From contig OZ024750.1 in assembly GCA_964016885.1 (NCBI GenBank), forward strand, positions 6,262,001 through 6,326,000: 64,000 bases of DNA, in the 5' to 3' direction. A program made the position numbers and the translations under genes. Below, one piece after another: positions 63,578 to 64,000 of this stretch. This stretch comes from Eledone cirrhosa. Its lineage: Eukaryota. How positions within the stretch are numbered: the stretch's first letter is position 1; each line of letters begins with the position of its first letter. The notes under the pieces were generated by a model. It was not told the origin of the DNA, did no database searches, and saw nothing but the letters and a program-made list of their open reading frames with translations.

Positions 63578-63820
63578 AATTAAAAAAGGCTGCTCAAATA
63601 TTGATGAAATTCTCAGACAATTAAAAAAGGCTGCTCAAATATTGATGAAATTCTCAGACAATTAAAAAAGGCTGCTCAAATATTGATGAAATCCTCAGAC
63701 AATTAAAAAAGGCTGCTCAAATATTGATGAAATCCTCAGACAATTAAAAAAGGCTGCTCAAATATTGATGAAATCCTCAGACAATTAAAAAAAGGCTGCT
63801 CAAATACTGAGGTAATCCTC
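63578..63820. repeat. 41-bp tandem repeat, about 5.5 copies
   Basis: AATTAAAAAAGGCTGCTCAAATATTGATGAAATYCTCAGAC with no spacers. Confidence 0.95.
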
Positions 63821-64000
63821 ATAGAGAATTGAACGAGTACAGCTGATACTTCTTCTATCCACGAAATCATTGTATATGAAAGCCAAGTGTTTAAGTCTAA
63901 TATATAGTATTGGTTAAATATATCTAGATATATATTGTAGTAACGTATAGCATTGGAACAAAACACTGTTAACGCACCAGTAATTTATGAAATGTTTCTT

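Noticed and set aside
63578-63820. CRISPR-like repeat length
   Set aside because: Units are contiguous with no unique spacers, there are no cas genes, and the context is eukaryotic

Overview
AT-rich eukaryotic DNA saturated with (TA)n, (CA)n, (GA)n and triplet microsatellites. The SINE and microsatellite make-up resembles a cephalopod (Octopus-like) genome; this is inference. No host protein-coding gene could be supported, and almost all short ORFs in the track are microsatellite artefacts. The only intact coding unit is a full-length Tx1/L1-clade LINE on the minus strand (ORF1 with a gag-type CCHC knuckle; ORF2 with APE, RT and CCHC). It sits in a head-to-tail array of three copies, each joined to (GATA)n in the same register, which suggests a (TATC)n-specific element. 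The main hidden signal is a set of at least nine sequence-distinct short non-coding element families, mostly lodged in or beside (TA)n tracts. They carry complete or partial type I hammerhead-ribozyme motifs, often fold back as palindromes, and several share a 3' tail with an RCTC...GAGY hairpin, as expected for Penelope-pLTR- or retrozyme-like elements. Also present: about 20 copies or fragments of a tRNA-derived SINE (several in tandem arrays), a second SINE family, decayed RTE, CRE and R4-like LINE pieces, a MULE transposase relic, a mariner MITE and several minisatellites. All structures were read by eye and no database search was run; repeat boundaries are approximate.
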